DNA of 38,694 nt from a virus (lineage: Duplodnaviria; Heunggongvirae; Uroviricota; Caudoviricetes), in the IMG/VR virus record IMGVR_UViG_2541047880_000004, positions 1-38,694 of that record, one strand, 5' to 3'. Positions 37,644 through 38,694 of the stretch are shown piece by piece (positions within the stretch are counted from its first letter, which is position 1; each line of letters starts with the position of its first letter). Both the position numbers and the translations under genes were made by a program. The notes under the pieces were generated by a model. That model was not told where the DNA came from. It searched no databases and was given only the letters and a program-made list of their open reading frames with translations.

Positions 37644-38694
37644 GCGCCGGGATTTACCCCCTAACCTTTATATAAGAAACAATGGATATTACTGCTACAG
37701 GGACCCAAGGACGGGTAAAGAGTTCGGATTAGGCAGAGACAGGAGGATAGCAATTACTGAAGCAATACAGGCCAATATTGAGTTACTCTCAGACAGCGGA
37801 CGCAAATCACTGATAGACAGAATTAAAGGCGGTGACGCAATCACTCTTCATGTGTGGCTTGACCGATATGAAAGAATCCTCACCGAAAGGGGGATCAGGC
37901 CGAAAACTCTACTCGACTACACCAGCAAAATCAGGGCAATCCGAAGAAAATTGCCGGACAAACCGCTCACTGACATATCAACGAAAGAAGTGGCAGCAAT
38001 GCTAAACACCTACGTAGCAGAAGGTAAAGCAGCTTCCGCAAAATTAATCAGGTCAACCCTTGTTGACGTTTTTCGTGAAGCAATAGCCGAGGGGCATGTG
38101 GCAACGAATCCGGTAACAGCAACCCGTACAGCAAAGTCAGAAGTAAGGCGCTCAAGGCTGACAGCTAATGAGTATGTCGAGATTTACCATGCAGCCGAAC
38201 CTCTCCCTATCTGGCTAAGGCTGGCGATGGATTTGGCCGTCGTTACAGGGCAGAGAGTCGGCGATTTGTGCAGAATGAAATGGTCAGACATAAACGACAA
38301 CCATCTTCACATTGAACAGAGTAAAACAGGGGCTAAACTCGCCATTCCGCTAACGCTAACGATTGACGCGCTCAATATCTCATTGGCTGATACACTACAG
38401 AAATGCAGGGAGGCCAGCAGCAGTGAAACTATAATCGCATCAAAGCATCACGATCCGCTTTCCCCGAAAACAGTATCAAAGTATTTTACAAAGGCGAGAA
38501 ATGCATCTGGACTCTCATTTGATGGAAACCCGCCAACATTCCATGAACTGCGTAGCCTGTCAGCGAGGCTATACCGGAACCAGATTGGCGATAAGTTTGC
38601 TCAACGTCTTCTCGGGCATAAATCAGACTCAATGGCGGCGCGGTATAGGGACAGCCGTGGACGGGAATGGGACAAAATTGAAATCGACAAATGA
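37621..38694 (+). CDS. int: Tyrosine integrase, lambda Int type
   Basis: 357 aa; MGRRRSHERRDLPPNLYIRNNGYYCYRDPRTGKEFGLGRDRRIAITEAIQANIELL... matches lambda Int; stop at window end. Confidence 0.95.
   Translation: MGRRRSHERRDLPPNLYIRNNGYYCYRDPRTGKEFGLGRDRRIAITEAIQANIELLSDSGRKSLIDRIKGGDAITLHVWLDRYERILTERGIRPKTLLDYTSKIRAIRRKLPDKPLTDISTKEVAAMLNTYVAEGKAASAKLIRSTLVDVFREAIAEGHVATNPVTATRTAKSEVRRSRLTANEYVEIYHAAEPLPIWLRLAMDLAVVTGQRVGDLCRMKWSDINDNHLHIEQSKTGAKLAIPLTLTIDALNISLADTLQKCREASSSETIIASKHHDPLSPKTVSKYFTKARNASGLSFDGNPPTFHELRSLSARLYRNQIGDKFAQRLLGHKSDSMAARYRDSRGREWDKIEIDK

Larger units (their letters stand above)
1..38694. mobile_element. Near-complete P22-like lambdoid prophage, tailspike to integrase, reverse orientation; att sites outside window
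   Basis: Contiguous phage modules (morphogenesis, lysis, nin, replication, immunity, recombination, int/xis) with gene order matching P22/lambda. Confidence 0.9.

Overview
The window is almost entirely one P22-like (short-tailed, Lederbergvirus-type) lambdoid prophage, read in reverse orientation: tailspike at the left edge, integrase at the right edge, attachment sites outside the window. Calls rest on reading the supplied translations against remembered P22, lambda and phage 21 protein sequences; no search was run. Layout: tailspike (1..1806, -), mnt, two divergent lipoprotein genes, then a minus-strand P22-type morphogenesis block (ejection proteins gp16/gp20/gp7, gp14, tail needle gp26, gp10, gp4, coat, scaffold, portal, terminase large and small), a KilA-N protein, a lambda-type lysis cassette (Rz/Rz1, R, S), Q, a nin region (NinH, RusA, DUF1364-like, Rha/Ant, NinF, MT-A70 methyltransferase, NinB), DnaB-type helicase, O-like initiator with internal ori iterons, cII, nutR, cro, OR, cI. 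Downstream of cI on the plus strand: a membrane protein in the rex position, OL/pL, nutL, N (phage 21-like), a low-GC island carrying a PAPS-reductase-like PP-loop enzyme, cIII, a Rad52-like annealase/SSB/DEDDh exonuclease module, a block of unknown early genes, an AT-rich island with a possible PerC-like regulator, xis and int. The strongest candidates for undescribed biology are accessory cargo at classical moron hotspots: (1) the PAPS-reductase-like island between N and cIII, where P22 carries ral/sieB; (2) the membrane protein co-transcribed with cI; (3) the lipoprotein pair where P22 carries sieA. All functional interpretations of these are inference.
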